Source of the DNA: Flavobacteriaceae bacterium
Lineage (GTDB): Bacteria > Bacteroidota > Bacteroidia > Flavobacteriales > Flavobacteriaceae
Length of the DNA: 64,000 nt
NCBI GenBank assembly: GCA_030835845.1
Contig: JAUROD010000023.1
Coordinates: 14,051 to 78,050 of the forward strand
Reading direction: 5' to 3'
Notes under the pieces: generated by a model
Databases searched by the model: none
Told to the model about the DNA's origin: nothing
The model's input: the letters and a program-made list of their open reading frames with translations, nothing else
Position numbers and translations under genes: made by a program
Shown here: positions 20,233-31,637 of the stretch, piece by piece
Numbering within the stretch: position 1 is the stretch's first letter
How the letters are laid out: each line of letters starts with the position of its first letter

Positions 20233-22124
20233 AATTTGTAAATTTGGTCTAATGTATTTTTATCAATTTTCTTTTCTAAAAAAAGAACGTCAAGTCCCTT
20301 AATTAAATTGTCTTTATTGATATGAGGAAGTTTTATTTTTAACTGTTGTAAAGATAAGGGACTATCATCAATCAATGTCAATATTTCTAATTCAATTGTA
20401 GTTGTTTCGTTTTGATCTTCAGTCTGTGTACAAGTAATTGATGAGCATTTCCCACAATTCCCAGTAACACTTTCTCCGAAATATTCTAGTAACTGTTTTT
20501 GTTTGCAATTTTTTGTGTTATTTGAATAATCAATAACTATTTGAAGTTTTTCTTTTTTAATTGTGTTCAGTTGATTTATTTGTTTTCCTAAATTCAAAAG
20601 GGTATAGTTGTCTTCACGGGGTACAAGACCAATCAAGCTGGTGTCGTTTAATGCAAAATCAAAACTAATTAACTCAAGTTTTTGCCACTGTTTAAGACGT
20701 TCTATTATGACTCTAAAAGTCAGATTAGTTTGTAATGCCAAACCATCTAAGTCAACAGATATTTTATTGTCAAATATTGTGGGATATTTTCGGGATATGT
20801 ATTCAAATATTTCTGCAGCTTCACGATCTGTTTTTTCGATATTATAAAGAAGACTTGCGGGAGTACAAGTTAATTGTATTCTAGCCTCTTGTTGACTAAA
20901 GTTTTGACGATGAAAAATCCCCGCTTGATGAAAAAGAGTGAGACAATTATCTGTCTTTCTAAGGGGTAGCGAGTAGGTTGAGCAAAAATCTGAAAAAGAA
21001 AGGAACCATGATTGATCTTTCCCTTCTCCATAGGCTATGTTAAGGTAGTTGCATAGATGTTTGTAGCACCGATTCATAAATTCTTTATCAACTAAACTGT
21101 CAATAAATTGACTTTTTACACGTTTATGATCGTTGGGATGAACCAATAAAATTGCTTTTGCTTCATTGCCATTTCTGCCAGCTCGTCCGATTTCTTGGTA
21201 ATAATGTTCCAAACTTGAAGGCATATGGAGATGTGAGACTAAAGCTACATTCCCTTTGTCTATTCCCATTCCAAAGGCATTTGTAGCAACCATTATCAAT
21301 GATTTTTCTGCTTGCCAATCATCAAGTCTATCCTTTTTTTCTAAATCAGTTAGTCCACCATGATAAAAATTAACTTTCGCGGAATTTGATTTTAAAATCG
21401 AATAAATTTCCTCAGTTTCTCTTCTACTGTTACAATATATTATTGAAGGTTGATTTAGAGGTAAATGGGAACGAATTAATTCGCCAAACTTATCCGTGCA
21501 AAACTGAACATTTAACTCTATATTTTTACGTTTAAAAGAATTTTTAAAAAGTAAATAATCTTTTAATTCTAACTCGCGAATTATATCTTTTACAACCGTT
21601 TTTGTAGCACTAGCTGTTAGTGCAATAACAGGAACCTGAGGAAGTTGTTTTCTTAGTTTTTTAATTTCTTTATATGCAGGGCGAAAGTCATTTCCCCATT
21701 GAGAGATACAATGTGCTTCATCAACGGCTATTCTTTCTATATTTAACCGATGAATCTGTTGAATAAATAAAGGGTTTAAAAGTTTTTCCGGAGAACTGTA
21801 TATCAGTTTATAATTTCCATATGCAGCATTGTCTAATTGTTTTTCAAAGGGTTGTTTACTGTTAAAGAACATGCTTTTTATTCCCCTTGAGTTAGCTTGT
21901 GCAATTTGATCTTCCATAAGGGAGATAAGTGGTGAAATAACAAGAGTGCTTCCTTTGAGTTGTGTTGCTGGGAGTTGATAACATAAAGACTTACCGCCAC
22001 CAGTAGGTAAAAGAGCCATGCAATCAACTCCTTCAATTACAGCATTGCAAATTTCTTTTTGTAATGGAAGAAATTCATCAGCTTTCCAATATTCCTTTAA
22101 AGGTTCATTTAATTGATACATCAC
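20229..22124 (-). CDS. RecQ family ATP-dependent DNA helicase (no HRDC domain)
   Basis: PTGGGKSLCYQ, VDEAHCISQWGNDFRP, ATNAFGMGIDK, YYQEIGRAGRNG, C-terminal C...CGKC zinc site. Confidence 0.92.
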   Translation of the reverse strand: MMYQLNEPLKEYWKADEFLPLQKEICNAVIEGVDCMALLPTGGGKSLCYQLPATQLKGSTLVISPLISLMEDQIAQANSRGIKSMFFNSKQPFEKQLDNAAYGNYKLIYSSPEKLLNPLFIQQIHRLNIERIAVDEAHCISQWGNDFRPAYKEIKKLRKQLPQVPVIALTASATKTVVKDIIRELELKDYLLFKNSFKRKNIELNVQFCTDKFGELIRSHLPLNQPSIIYCNSRRETEEIYSILKSNSAKVNFYHGGLTDLEKKDRLDDWQAEKSLIMVATNAFGMGIDKGNVALVSHLHMPSSLEHYYQEIGRAGRNGNEAKAILLVHPNDHKRVKSQFIDSLVDKEFMNRCYKHLCNYLNIAYGEGKDQSWFLSFSDFCSTYSLPLRKTDNCLTLFHQAGIFHRQNFSQQEARIQLTCTPASLLYNIEKTDREAAEIFEYISRKYPTIFDNKISVDLDGLALQTNLTFRVIIERLKQWQKLELISFDFALNDTSLIGLVPREDNYTLLNLGKQINQLNTIKKEKLQIVIDYSNNTKNCKQKQLLEYFGESVTGNCGKCSSITCTQTEDQNETTTIELEILTLIDDSPLSLQQLKIKLPHINKDNLIKGLDVLFLEKKIDKNTLDQIYKL

Positions 22125-22653
22125 ATTGATTTAAAATAAATTCAATTCTTTTTTCAGGAGTATCAAAAGGTACATTAATGCAATTAGAGTATGCTTTATA
22201 TGCAGATTCAATCTCATGGTGCAATGAAATTGCCTCCTCAAAACTTTCCATACGATCACTATCCTGAACATAAAACTTCTCCAATGGTTTTAATAGAAAT
22301 ACCAATTCATATGGATAGCTAATCAATTTTTTTTCCAATTGCCTTTCAGGGCTACCTTCATGTTTTAAATATGCGGTAACATCAGCGAGTCCACGATCAT
22401 AAAATATCACATTGTTTTTGGGTTTGTGTATTTGTTTTGCCGCTTTATATTGTTCTATACGCTTATCCCAAATTAATCGACTAAATGTCAAAGGGTCTTC
22501 TTTGAAAAAATTTGCTTTTCCTTGTTCTTTTCTTTGTTTTATGTAGCGTCTAGAAGCTTCATCAAAACAATAAAACCCATTTTTCGTAAGAAATTTAATT
22601 AATGTAGACTTTCCTCCACCAGGTCCTCCGGCAAAGACAATACGTTTAGGTAT
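22105..22653 (-). CDS. AAA_28 (NadR/Ttd14-like) P-loop ATPase; probable non-canonical start
   Basis: The frame is open 54 codons upstream of the track start and contains RIVFAGGPGGGKST (Walker A); FYDRGL downstream. No ATG/GTG/TTG precedes the P-loop. Confidence 0.75.
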   Translation of the reverse strand: MPKRIVFAGGPGGGKSTLIKFLTKNGFYCFDEASRRYIKQRKEQGKANFFKEDPLTFSRLIWDKRIEQYKAAKQIHKPKNNVIFYDRGLADVTAYLKHEGSPERQLEKKLISYPYELVFLLKPLEKFYVQDSDRMESFEEAISLHHEIESAYKAYSNCINVPFDTPEKRIEFILNQCDVSIK

Positions 22654-22687
22654 GGATAAAGCTCTTTCGATAACGTTATAATTGACT

Positions 22688-22695
22688 TATATTTG
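22688..22695 (+). promoter_or_regulatory. -7 promoter box TATATTTG of DUF493 gene
   Basis: Exact TAnnTTTG match 17 nt before ATG 22713. Confidence 0.65.
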
Positions 22696-22712
22696 TAAAA
22701 ATAGTCTAGCAA

Positions 22713-23003
22713 ATGCTTCCAAAAGAAGATCCACAAGAATTTTATTCACGATTTCACCAACAGTTGACTGAATCTCAGGAATGGCCTGGCTCTTACATGT
22801 TTAAATTCATTGTTCGAACTGAATCATCTCACCTGGATGATTTAAAAGCTCTTTTTTCTGCTGTTAAACCCCATTTTTCTGAAAAACAGTCAGCTAAAAA
22901 AAACTTTGTAAGTTTATCTGTTACAGCTTTTTTTTCCTCACCTAACCAGATAATAGACATCTATAAATCAGCTAAAAAATTTAAAGGAGTGATAACACTT
23001 TAA
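22713..23003 (+). CDS. DUF493 (YbeD-like) family protein
   Basis: WPGSYMFKFIV...SLSV...IIDIY...GVITL; usual position before DUF4290-murA. Confidence 0.82.
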   Translation: MLPKEDPQEFYSRFHQQLTESQEWPGSYMFKFIVRTESSHLDDLKALFSAVKPHFSEKQSAKKNFVSLSVTAFFSSPNQIIDIYKSAKKFKGVITL

Positions 23004-23076
23004 TGTTTTGTGTTTAATTTCCTTAAAATGTTTATTTTTACACTGATTACCATCCAAACAAACACCCTTTAATTTA

Positions 23077-23721
23077 ATGGAAGCACTCCAATATAACTCT
23101 GAGCGTACACAACTGATTATACCTGAATATGGTCGTCATATTCAAATTATGGTAAATCAAATGAAATCTACGGAAAACAGAGAAGAACGAAATAAAATTG
23201 CAAAAGCAATAATCGGAGTAATGGGTAACCTTAATCCTCACCTTCGTGATGTTCCAGATTTTCAACATAAACTTTGGGACCAACTATTTATCATGTCTGA
23301 ATTTGATCTAGACGTTGATAGCCCATTTGAAAAACCACAACGCGAGCTTCTTGAACAACGACCAGATCGTATGGATTATCCTCAAAATTTTCCAAAGTAT
23401 CGTTTTTATGGAAATAACATAAAAAGCATGATTGATGTTGCTTTGGAATGGGAGGACGGTGAAATGAAAGATGCACTTATCTTCAATATTGCTAACCACA
23501 TGAAAAAATGTTTCCTAAACTGGAACAAAGATAGTGTAGATGATGAGATTATTTTCCAACACTTAAATGAGTTTTCAGACGGTAAACTTAAGGTTAAAGA
23601 AGATTTATTGCCTTTGACCTCTACCCAAGAGTTACTTAAAATGAAGTCAAAAAACGGGAATGGTCCAAAAAGTAATGGCGCTGTAAAACAAAGAAAAAAT
23701 CGTAACCGCAAACGCTACTAG
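23077..23721 (+). CDS. DUF4290 domain protein
   Basis: YNSER..LIIPEYGRHIQ, HKLWDQLFIMS, YRFYG, ANHMKK. Confidence 0.88.
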   Translation: MEALQYNSERTQLIIPEYGRHIQIMVNQMKSTENREERNKIAKAIIGVMGNLNPHLRDVPDFQHKLWDQLFIMSEFDLDVDSPFEKPQRELLEQRPDRMDYPQNFPKYRFYGNNIKSMIDVALEWEDGEMKDALIFNIANHMKKCFLNWNKDSVDDEIIFQHLNEFSDGKLKVKEDLLPLTSTQELLKMKSKNGNGPKSNGAVKQRKNRNRKRY

Positions 23722-23725
23722 TCAC

Positions 23726-25033
23726 ATGGGGACATTTATAATTGAAGGGGGCATACAACTGAAGGGAGAAATTACACCTCAAGGAGCAAAAAATGAGGCA
23801 TTACAAATTTTATGTGCCGTTCTTTTAACTCCAGAAAGAGTTACTATTGAAAATATACCCGACATAATTGATGTCAATAAATTAATTCAATTATTAATAA
23901 ATTTTGGTGTAAAGGTTACGCATGAAGGTACTGGTGTATATACTTTTCAAGCAGATGAAGTAGACTTGACCTATTTAACTTCAGATCAATTTAAAGTTGA
24001 TGGAAGAGGATTAAGAGGCTCCATCATGCTAGTTGGACCTTTATTAACTCGATTTGGAAAAGGTAGTATTCCTCGTCCAGGAGGCGACAAAATAGGTCGT
24101 CGTCGTTTAGATACTCATTTTGAAGGTCTAATTAAATTAGGTGCAAAGTTCGATTACAACAGAGAAAAGCATTTTTATTCAGTTGAATCAGACCAATTAA
24201 TAGGTACGGATATGCTTCTTGATGAAGCTTCTGTTACTGGAACTGCAAATATTGTTATGGCAGCAGTACTTGCCTCTGGAACAACTACAATATATAATGC
24301 TGCTTGTGAGCCATATTTGCAACAGCTTTGTCAGATGCTAAATCGAATGGGTGCTCAAATTTCTGGAATTGGATCAAACTTGCTTACAATTGTAGGAGTA
24401 AAAGAATTAAAAGGAACTACTCACCGAATCTTACCAGATATGGTTGAAATTGGAAGTTGGATTGGTCTTGCAGCAATGACTAAAAGTGAGCTTACAATTA
24501 AAGATGTTCGTTGGGAGTATTTAGGACAGATCCCAAATGTTTTTCGTAAACTTGGTTTAACCGTAGAAAAACGTGGTGATGATATTTTTATCCCAGCACA
24601 CAAAGATGGCTATGAGATTCAAAGTTATATTGATGGTTCTATTTTAACTGTTGCCGATGCACCTTGGCCAGGTTTTACACCAGATTTATTAAGTATTGTC
24701 TTGGTTGTAGCTACCCAAGCTAGAGGAAGTGTTTTGATTCATCAAAAAATGTTTGAAAGTCGCCTATTTTTCGTTGATAAACTTATTGATATGGGTGCTA
24801 AAATAATCCTTTGTGATCCACATCGTGCATCTATTATCGGACACGACTTCAAATCAAAGCTAAAAGGAACTGTATTAACTTCCCCTGATATACGTGCTGG
24901 AATTTCTCTTTTGATTGCCGCTTTATCGGCAAAAGGAACAAGTACAATACATAATATTGAGCAGATTGATCGTGGATATGAACGTATAGTAGAGCGTCTT
25001 CAATTAATTGGAGCTAAAATTAATAGAGTTTAG
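23726..25033 (+). CDS. murA: UDP-N-acetylglucosamine 1-carboxyvinyltransferase
   Basis: GAKNEAL, PGGDKIGRRRLDTH (Asp at the fosfomycin-target Cys position), SVTGTAN, PDIRAG, IDRGYE. Confidence 0.96.
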   Translation: MGTFIIEGGIQLKGEITPQGAKNEALQILCAVLLTPERVTIENIPDIIDVNKLIQLLINFGVKVTHEGTGVYTFQADEVDLTYLTSDQFKVDGRGLRGSIMLVGPLLTRFGKGSIPRPGGDKIGRRRLDTHFEGLIKLGAKFDYNREKHFYSVESDQLIGTDMLLDEASVTGTANIVMAAVLASGTTTIYNAACEPYLQQLCQMLNRMGAQISGIGSNLLTIVGVKELKGTTHRILPDMVEIGSWIGLAAMTKSELTIKDVRWEYLGQIPNVFRKLGLTVEKRGDDIFIPAHKDGYEIQSYIDGSILTVADAPWPGFTPDLLSIVLVVATQARGSVLIHQKMFESRLFFVDKLIDMGAKIILCDPHRASIIGHDFKSKLKGTVLTSPDIRAGISLLIAALSAKGTSTIHNIEQIDRGYERIVERLQLIGAKINRV

Positions 25034-25446
25034 TTATATTTTTCTTTGATCAGTAGGATTGAATCGACTATTAATTTTTCTAAAACGTCTAATTTTATTT
25101 GAGTTAATCGTTTAATATATAAACAACCTTTCCCTTTCTTGAATTTCCCAAGCCCTTCAAAGTTTAGTTTTTCATGAGCTAAATCACACATCAAATACAA
25201 GGATAAGGCTTGTTTACGAGGTGAAAAACCTGTTAAGAACCATTCACCTTGTCTTCCAGTAGCATATTTGTAATGATATTCACCAAAACCAATTATGCTT
25301 GTACCCCATAATTTTGGTTTTTCTTGGGTGATTTTACCCATTAATTTGACCAAACGTTCACAGTCCAAACGCTTTTGATCTTCAACTATTGAGTTTAGAA
25401 ATAGATCAACACGTTTATTCGTTTTTTGTGTTTTATTTTTTGTCAT
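25030..25446 (-). CDS. DUF1801 domain protein
   Basis: PKLWGTSIIGFGEYHYKY, GFSPRK, LGKFKKGKGCLYIKRL. Confidence 0.88.
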   Translation of the reverse strand: MTKNKTQKTNKRVDLFLNSIVEDQKRLDCERLVKLMGKITQEKPKLWGTSIIGFGEYHYKYATGRQGEWFLTGFSPRKQALSLYLMCDLAHEKLNFEGLGKFKKGKGCLYIKRLTQIKLDVLEKLIVDSILLIKEKYN

Positions 25447-25615
25447 TGTAATAAGGCATTGCCTTAAAATACAAAAAACTTTTAAAAAAAACTATTTTAT
25501 TCCAACCTATTACATTGTCTTTCAGCTTAAAAGAAATATAATAAATGATAAAAAAATTATTGACCTAGAGGCTTAATTAGAGTGTTTTGTTTTGACAGGA
25601 TGCTTTTATTTAACA

Positions 25616-25903
25616 CTATTTTCTTTTAGAAACTTTATTGTTGCTAATACTTTTTTGTCTTGTACACTTAAAACGATCAACTTCTCCGCTTCTTGATTTT
25701 CGGTGTTTAGTTTTTCTTCCTTGTACTCGTGCTCGCCATAAATTAAAACTTGATCGTTTTAATTCCTTTCGCATAAGTTCGATAACCTCTTGCTCTTTTA
25801 AACTAAATTGATCTAATATTGCATCGAAGGGTGTGCGGTCTTCCCATGCCATTTCAATGATTCTGTCTATTTGTACTTCTGTTAAATCATGTGTTTTTTT
25901 CAT
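25616..25903 (-). CDS. TIGR03643 (DUF2805) family protein
   Basis: [29 protein letters not shown]; start overlaps the photolyase stop (ATGA). Confidence 0.88.
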   Translation of the reverse strand: MKKTHDLTEVQIDRIIEMAWEDRTPFDAILDQFSLKEQEVIELMRKELKRSSFNLWRARVQGRKTKHRKSRSGEVDRFKCTRQKSISNNKVSKRK

Positions 25904-27387
25904 GCACTTTTACTTTTATTACGAACCACAGTGTGACGTTTTATTATACGATTACTTTCCTGTTTAACAATACTGTTTTTCCTCATATTCCAAAGTGTGT
26001 CAGAGGCTTTTTTTCTGCTCAAATCAAGATCAACAACTAGTGAAGGGTAATTTATACCAATTTTAAAATTGTACAGTTCTTCTTCAAATGGGGTAATCTT
26101 CCAAGGTTTATGTATTAATTCAATAGGTAGATTTTTGAGTTCAGGGACCCATTTTTTTGTAAATTCTCCCTTTGGGTCATGTTTTATTCCATTTTTAATT
26201 GGATTATAAATACGTAATGTATTTATTCCGGTTTCACCAGCTTGCATCTGAATTTGAGGAAAATGAATTCCAGGCTCAAAATCCAAAAACTGACGTGCTA
26301 AAAACTCAGAGCAAGCTTGCCATGGTTGCCACAATTGATGCACAAAAAATGAAACTACCATTGCTCGCATTCTAAAATTTAAATATCCAGTTTCTACCAA
26401 ACAACGCATTGCAGCATCTACTAATGGAACTCCTGTTATTCCCTTCTCCCATGCATTAATATATCCATTGTTTTTTGGTTTTGAAAGGTTGTGATAACCT
26501 TTGTTTATACTTAAAAACTCCATACTACATTCCATTTCAAATTTTTGAATAAAATGAGATTGCCAACGTAATCTAGATTCAAAAGCGCGAATACCAAATC
26601 CTTTTTTACCATTTGCTTTTTCAATTTCAGTTCGTTGTAAAACTTCTCGCATTGAGATATTTCCGAAGGCGATATAAGGTGAAAGACGACTGCAACTTTT
26701 TCGAGCTAAATCAGGTTTTGATATATGAGTTTGATAATGAATATATCGACCAGCAAAAAATGAATCTAAATATTTGTGAGCATATGTCTCACCGCCTGGT
26801 TGTTCATTTTTTGAAATTGTAGTTTCTAGTGTAAACTCCCTGAATTTTTTTTCAACTTTTTGAATCTCTTTAAATGGAAGAAATTTATTTTTATCCTCAG
26901 GTTTTGGATGCTGAGCTTCATTCATAAATAGCGTCCACTTTTTTAACCATTCTTTTCTGTTTTTTAGTCCTCTAAAAACACCTTGTTGCCTTTCTTCAGA
27001 CCATTTTATTTCATTCTCATTACACCATTGAGAAACAAGTTGATCACGTCTAAAAGTAATGTCAATTCCAGTTTCAAAATGTGAATAAAGAGCTTGAAAG
27101 TCATATGTCTCAGAAAGTTTTTTAAAAACTTCACAGACTTCACCTTCCACTGCTAGTACTTTTGTGTTGAGAGATTTTAGTTGGTTATTGAGATCTGCAA
27201 TTGATTGTTTTATAAAATTCAGATGTCTTGTGCTAAAATGTTTTTCGTTGTGTACGCTTGGTTCAGCAACGTAGCAAATCAATACATATTTGTGTGCATC
27301 AAGGGCTTTTGTTAATGCAGCATGGTCACGAATTCTAAAATCACGTTTAAGCCAAACCACTGCAATAGGTAATGATTTAGTACTCAT
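25900..27387 (-). CDS. cryptochrome/photolyase family protein, divergent DFEPGIH clade
   Basis: [61 protein letters not shown]. Confidence 0.88.
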   Translation of the reverse strand: MSTKSLPIAVVWLKRDFRIRDHAALTKALDAHKYVLICYVAEPSVHNEKHFSTRHLNFIKQSIADLNNQLKSLNTKVLAVEGEVCEVFKKLSETYDFQALYSHFETGIDITFRRDQLVSQWCNENEIKWSEERQQGVFRGLKNRKEWLKKWTLFMNEAQHPKPEDKNKFLPFKEIQKVEKKFREFTLETTISKNEQPGGETYAHKYLDSFFAGRYIHYQTHISKPDLARKSCSRLSPYIAFGNISMREVLQRTEIEKANGKKGFGIRAFESRLRWQSHFIQKFEMECSMEFLSINKGYHNLSKPKNNGYINAWEKGITGVPLVDAAMRCLVETGYLNFRMRAMVVSFFVHQLWQPWQACSEFLARQFLDFEPGIHFPQIQMQAGETGINTLRIYNPIKNGIKHDPKGEFTKKWVPELKNLPIELIHKPWKITPFEEELYNFKIGINYPSLVVDLDLSRKKASDTLWNMRKNSIVKQESNRIIKRHTVVRNKSKSA

Positions 27388-28909
27388 CTGGTTCAAGAAT
27401 TATTTTACCGGCTCTAGCTTTTATTTCAGCAAGTTCTTCTGGAGGAATTTTCTCAAGTAATCGAAGCATCATTGCCATTCTATTATTTTTGGCGAAGTAT
27501 TGCTTTTTATCATCTAAAAAATTCCAATACAAACTATTGAACGGACACGCATTTTCACCTAATCTCATTTTTTTATCATAGTGACAGCTTTCACAATAGT
27601 TTCCCATTTTATGAATATAGGCTGCTGCGGATACATATGGTTTTGTTGCAACAATTCCTCCGTCTGCCCATTGACTCATTCCCCTAGTGTTGGTAATTTG
27701 AACCCATTCTATGGCATCTGCATATATACCAAGATACCATTCATCTACTGCTTTTGGGTCAACTTGTGCCAAAAGTGCAAAATTACCCGTAATCATTAAA
27801 CGTTGAATATGATGTGCATAGGCATTATCAAGTGAGTTGTTAATACTTTGGTGTAAACAATTCATTTTAGTTTCTGCAGTCCAGTAAAATCTTGGTAAAG
27901 AATTTTTATTATTCAAGGCATTTAGATTTGAATAATAAGGCATTTCTTTCCAATAAATTCCTCTCATATATTCTCTCCAACCTATAATTTGTCTTACAAA
28001 TCCCTCAACTTGAGACAATTCAATTTCATCTGCATGGGAGTGATAATAATTAATTACTTTATGAACTACCTCTAATGGACTTATTATTTTGGTGTTTAGT
28101 GCAAAGGATATTCTTGAATGAAATAGATTAACTTCATTTGTGTGAAACGCATCTTGATAATCACCAAAATGAATAAGTAAATTTTCACAAAAATAATCCA
28201 GTTGTTTTATTGCTTCATTACGGTTAAGAGGATAAATAAAATTATCAGCGTTCCACCGTCCAATTGTTTTAACACCTTTTTCTTTTATTAGATAAATCAA
28301 ATCATCTAAATTTACTTTAGAAGGGATAAATGGAGGAGGTATTTCAGGTTGTCCTTTCCATTTTTTACGATTGTTTTTATCAAAATTCCACTGTCCCCCT
28401 TCAGGTTGTCCATGGTCCATCAAAAGATTAAACTGTTTACGAATATGACGATAGAAAAACTCTAAAATCAATTGCTTTTTTCCTTTAAAAAATTCATCTA
28501 ATTCGTATCGAGTGGTCATGAAATGCTCCGAATCGACCATTTGACTTGGAATTGATATTTTATTACAAAATTGACTTAGCTGTTTATCTAATCGGTATTC
28601 ATCAGGCGCTTGATAGTCGAAAGAAGTTGCTTCATAACGGTTAAAAATCCACTCCAAATTAGTTGGAATTTTTTGTGTGTTTTTGGGATCGTTTAAGGTA
28701 ATATATAAAGTTTTGTGTCCATCATTTCTCAACGTTTCCTCAAATTGTCTCATTGCTCCAAAAAAGGCTACTACTTTTTGAATATGATGGGGAGCGTAGT
28801 CTGTTTCTTGACGAACTTCCATCATCACATACATTACTTGATCATCTTTTTTTTGATACCAACTATGCATTTTGTTTAATTGATCACCAAGAATTAATCT
28901 AATTTTCAT
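27377..28909 (-). CDS. FeS-BCP / PhrB-type prokaryotic (6-4) photolyase
   Basis: [48 protein letters not shown]; four Fe-S cysteines (MNC, YCESC, ACPF). Start at MKIRLILGD overlaps the upstream stop. Confidence 0.92.
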   Translation of the reverse strand: MKIRLILGDQLNKMHSWYQKKDDQVMYVMMEVRQETDYAPHHIQKVVAFFGAMRQFEETLRNDGHKTLYITLNDPKNTQKIPTNLEWIFNRYEATSFDYQAPDEYRLDKQLSQFCNKISIPSQMVDSEHFMTTRYELDEFFKGKKQLILEFFYRHIRKQFNLLMDHGQPEGGQWNFDKNNRKKWKGQPEIPPPFIPSKVNLDDLIYLIKEKGVKTIGRWNADNFIYPLNRNEAIKQLDYFCENLLIHFGDYQDAFHTNEVNLFHSRISFALNTKIISPLEVVHKVINYYHSHADEIELSQVEGFVRQIIGWREYMRGIYWKEMPYYSNLNALNNKNSLPRFYWTAETKMNCLHQSINNSLDNAYAHHIQRLMITGNFALLAQVDPKAVDEWYLGIYADAIEWVQITNTRGMSQWADGGIVATKPYVSAAAYIHKMGNYCESCHYDKKMRLGENACPFNSLYWNFLDDKKQYFAKNNRMAMMLRLLEKIPPEELAEIKARAGKIILEPDEY

Positions 28910-30219
28910 TCGAATAATGTTTTTTGATTCCAAATGCGTTGAAATTTTCCATCATTATCATACCGTTCGGCCTGAAATTGGACATTAAATTTTCTGTCAC
29001 GTGGGTCATTTCCAACACCTGATACGTACATCCAGTTTCCATAATTACTATGGACATCATAGTCGATTAGTTGTGATTCAAAATAAGCAGCACCTATTCT
29101 CCAGTCTAAAAGAAGTTCCTTAGAGAAATAAGAAGCTACGTTTTGCCTTCCTCTATTGCTCATCCATCCTGTTTGAGCAAGTTCCAGCATATTGGCATTT
29201 ACAAAAGGCTCTCTAGTTGTTCCTGTAATCCATTTATGAATGTTATTTGAATCTTTTTTCCACTTGTAATTACGTTGAAGTATTCCTCCAATTAGAAATA
29301 TTTTATTTTGATGTTTAAGAGATATGTATTTAAAATAATCTCGCCATATTAATTCAAAAATCATCCAATAAGTAGATTGATTTTTTTGAATTTCTTTTTC
29401 ATACGATTTAACCTCCCAATATAATTGCCTGGATGAAAGTGAACCATTTGATAACCATGCAGAGAATTTGGAACTGTAATCTAAACCAACTAGGCCATTA
29501 CGTGTTTGTTTATAAAAAGACAGCTTTTTACTTTTCCAAAAATAATCATCAATTCGTTCTTTTCCAGCGAGACTTCCACCCTTAAAAGGAAAAGCACTGT
29601 TTACGTGTTGTTTTGTTTCTTCCAAGCCTAACTCACTTAAGGTAGGACAAGAGAATGATTCACCAAGAAGATTTGACATCGACATTAAGGTAGGTGAGGG
29701 TAAACATGGTCTAACACTGCTTTCTTTTTCACATTGTTTTCTAAATACGGTAAATACCTCAGGTAGATTTGAAATGTCTGTTGGTAATTCGTCCGGGTGA
29801 AATAAAAACTGATCGTAATGTGAATGAAAATTTATTGAAGGAGAAAGCCTTTTTCTCAGTGCTTTTTCATTTTCATGTTCTTCTTTTGTCCATTCATTTT
29901 GGAAGTATATATCGGTAACTTCTAACTTATTTACCCACTGGGAAATTAAATCAACAGTGTTTCCAACAGTAATAATTAAACTGATATTAATCTTATTTAA
30001 ATCAGATTGTAACTGGTTGATACTTTCGATTAGAAATTGAGTTCTAAATGCCCCTGTTTTTTTAAAACCCCATTCAGTTTTTTTGTAATGGTCTAAATCA
30101 AAACAATATAAACCAATAACGTGTTCATGTACTTGTGTCGCTTTGAATAGTGATGTTTGATCATTAACCCGCAAATCATTTCTTAGCCAAACTAAGGCTT
30201 TTCCTTTTCGGTTTTGCAT
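28906..30219 (-). CDS. cryptochrome DASH
   Basis: [65 protein letters not shown]. Confidence 0.92.
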   Translation of the reverse strand: MQNRKGKALVWLRNDLRVNDQTSLFKATQVHEHVIGLYCFDLDHYKKTEWGFKKTGAFRTQFLIESINQLQSDLNKINISLIITVGNTVDLISQWVNKLEVTDIYFQNEWTKEEHENEKALRKRLSPSINFHSHYDQFLFHPDELPTDISNLPEVFTVFRKQCEKESSVRPCLPSPTLMSMSNLLGESFSCPTLSELGLEETKQHVNSAFPFKGGSLAGKERIDDYFWKSKKLSFYKQTRNGLVGLDYSSKFSAWLSNGSLSSRQLYWEVKSYEKEIQKNQSTYWMIFELIWRDYFKYISLKHQNKIFLIGGILQRNYKWKKDSNNIHKWITGTTREPFVNANMLELAQTGWMSNRGRQNVASYFSKELLLDWRIGAAYFESQLIDYDVHSNYGNWMYVSGVGNDPRDRKFNVQFQAERYDNDGKFQRIWNQKTLFE

Positions 30220-30338
30220 CTTTTACTACAGTATAAAACGTTATCCCAATCTCTTTCCCATTTTTTACGCCAACTGAAAGGTCGTTTACAGCAAGCACAA
30301 GTTTTCTGTGGAAGATGATTCTTTTTTACTCCTCTCAT
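30192..30338 (-). CDS. DUF2256 small Cys-rich protein
   Basis: [33 protein letters not shown]; start at MRGVKK overlaps the upstream stop. Confidence 0.92.
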   Translation of the reverse strand: MRGVKKNHLPQKTCACCKRPFSWRKKWERDWDNVLYCSKRCKTEKEKP

Positions 30339-31636
30339 ATACGATTTAGGGCAGTTTTGTAGGTGTTTAAACAACGTTCACGAGCAAACTTATGTTCTAC
30401 AATAGGAGAGGGGTATGTGAGTTCTTGATAATCAGGAACCCATTTTTGGATATACTCCAATTGTTTGTCAAATTTTTTAATCTGTTCAGTTGGATTAAAA
30501 ATTCTAAAATAAGGAGCTGCATCAACTCCACACCCAGCAACCCATTGCCAGTTCCCTACATTACTTGACATTTCATAGTCCAAAAGTTTTTCAGCAAAGT
30601 ATGCCTCTCCCCACCGCCAATCGATAAGTAAGTGTTTACACAAAAAACTCCCCACTAACATTCGTACACGATTATGCATAAAACCTGTTGAATTAAGTTC
30701 TCTCATACCAGCATCTACAAATGGATAACCAGTTTTACCTTCACACCAACGCTTGAATTCATCAGGATCATTTCTCCATTCAATACGATCATATTGGGGT
30801 TTAAAACTTTTGGTTTGTGTGTGTGGGAAATGCCATAATATTTGCATGAAAAACTCACGCCAAATTAATTCTTTTAAATATGTTTGATTTTCCTCCTTTG
30901 CAGCTTTATTAACCAACTTTCGAATGCTAATTGTTCCAAAACGTAAATGAGCACCTACTCGAGTTGTATTGTCCATAGCAGGAAAGTTTCGAGTATCTTC
31001 ATATTCTTTTATTATTTGAACGCTCACACGAAAAACGGGTTGCCTAATTTTGGATGGATTAAAATCCAAATCAAGTAATGAAAGTTGTGGCTGCTCGATA
31101 TTTGCTAGTTTATCCAAATGCTCCTCAGATGGGAAATGAGTAACCCCTTCTTCTTTAAAATGGCTAATCCACTTTCTGGAGTAAGGAGTATATACTTTAT
31201 AGGGGTTTCCATCATCTTTAACGATCTCTTCCTTCTCAAAAATCACTTGATCTTTATGGGTTTCGAATAAAACTCCTCTTTCATTTAAGAATGATTCAAT
31301 TAAGTTGTCACGTTCCCTAGCATAAGGTTCATAATCATGATTTGTTACAACTTTTTCTATATTATACTCACTGAGTATTAATTCAAAAGCGGCTTTAGGT
31401 GTAGATCGATACATTCCAACCGTACATCTGTTCCTCTTCATAGCATCATTGATGTTCGCTAAAGCCGCATGAATTAATTCTATTCTTGCATCCGATTTGG
31501 GGAGTTTGTGAAGTATTTCAGTATCAAAAATAAATATTGGTAATACTTTGTTACCGCCATTTAGTGCAGCAAATAGACCAGCGTTATCTTCGACTCTTAA
31601 GTCCCGTCTAAACCAGTAAACGGTATATTTCTCCAC
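30335..31636 (-). CDS. deoxyribodipyrimidine (CPD) photolyase
   Basis: [60 protein letters not shown]. Confidence 0.93.
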   Translation of the reverse strand: MEKYTVYWFRRDLRVEDNAGLFAALNGGNKVLPIFIFDTEILHKLPKSDARIELIHAALANINDAMKRNRCTVGMYRSTPKAAFELILSEYNIEKVVTNHDYEPYARERDNLIESFLNERGVLFETHKDQVIFEKEEIVKDDGNPYKVYTPYSRKWISHFKEEGVTHFPSEEHLDKLANIEQPQLSLLDLDFNPSKIRQPVFRVSVQIIKEYEDTRNFPAMDNTTRVGAHLRFGTISIRKLVNKAAKEENQTYLKELIWREFFMQILWHFPHTQTKSFKPQYDRIEWRNDPDEFKRWCEGKTGYPFVDAGMRELNSTGFMHNRVRMLVGSFLCKHLLIDWRWGEAYFAEKLLDYEMSSNVGNWQWVAGCGVDAAPYFRIFNPTEQIKKFDKQLEYIQKWVPDYQELTYPSPIVEHKFARERCLNTYKTALNRI

Positions 31637-31637
31637 T

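Noticed and set aside
23726-25033. MurA has Asp instead of the fosfomycin-reactive Cys (PGGDKIG)
   Set aside because: Usual state in Bacteroidota MurA; intrinsic and not novel.
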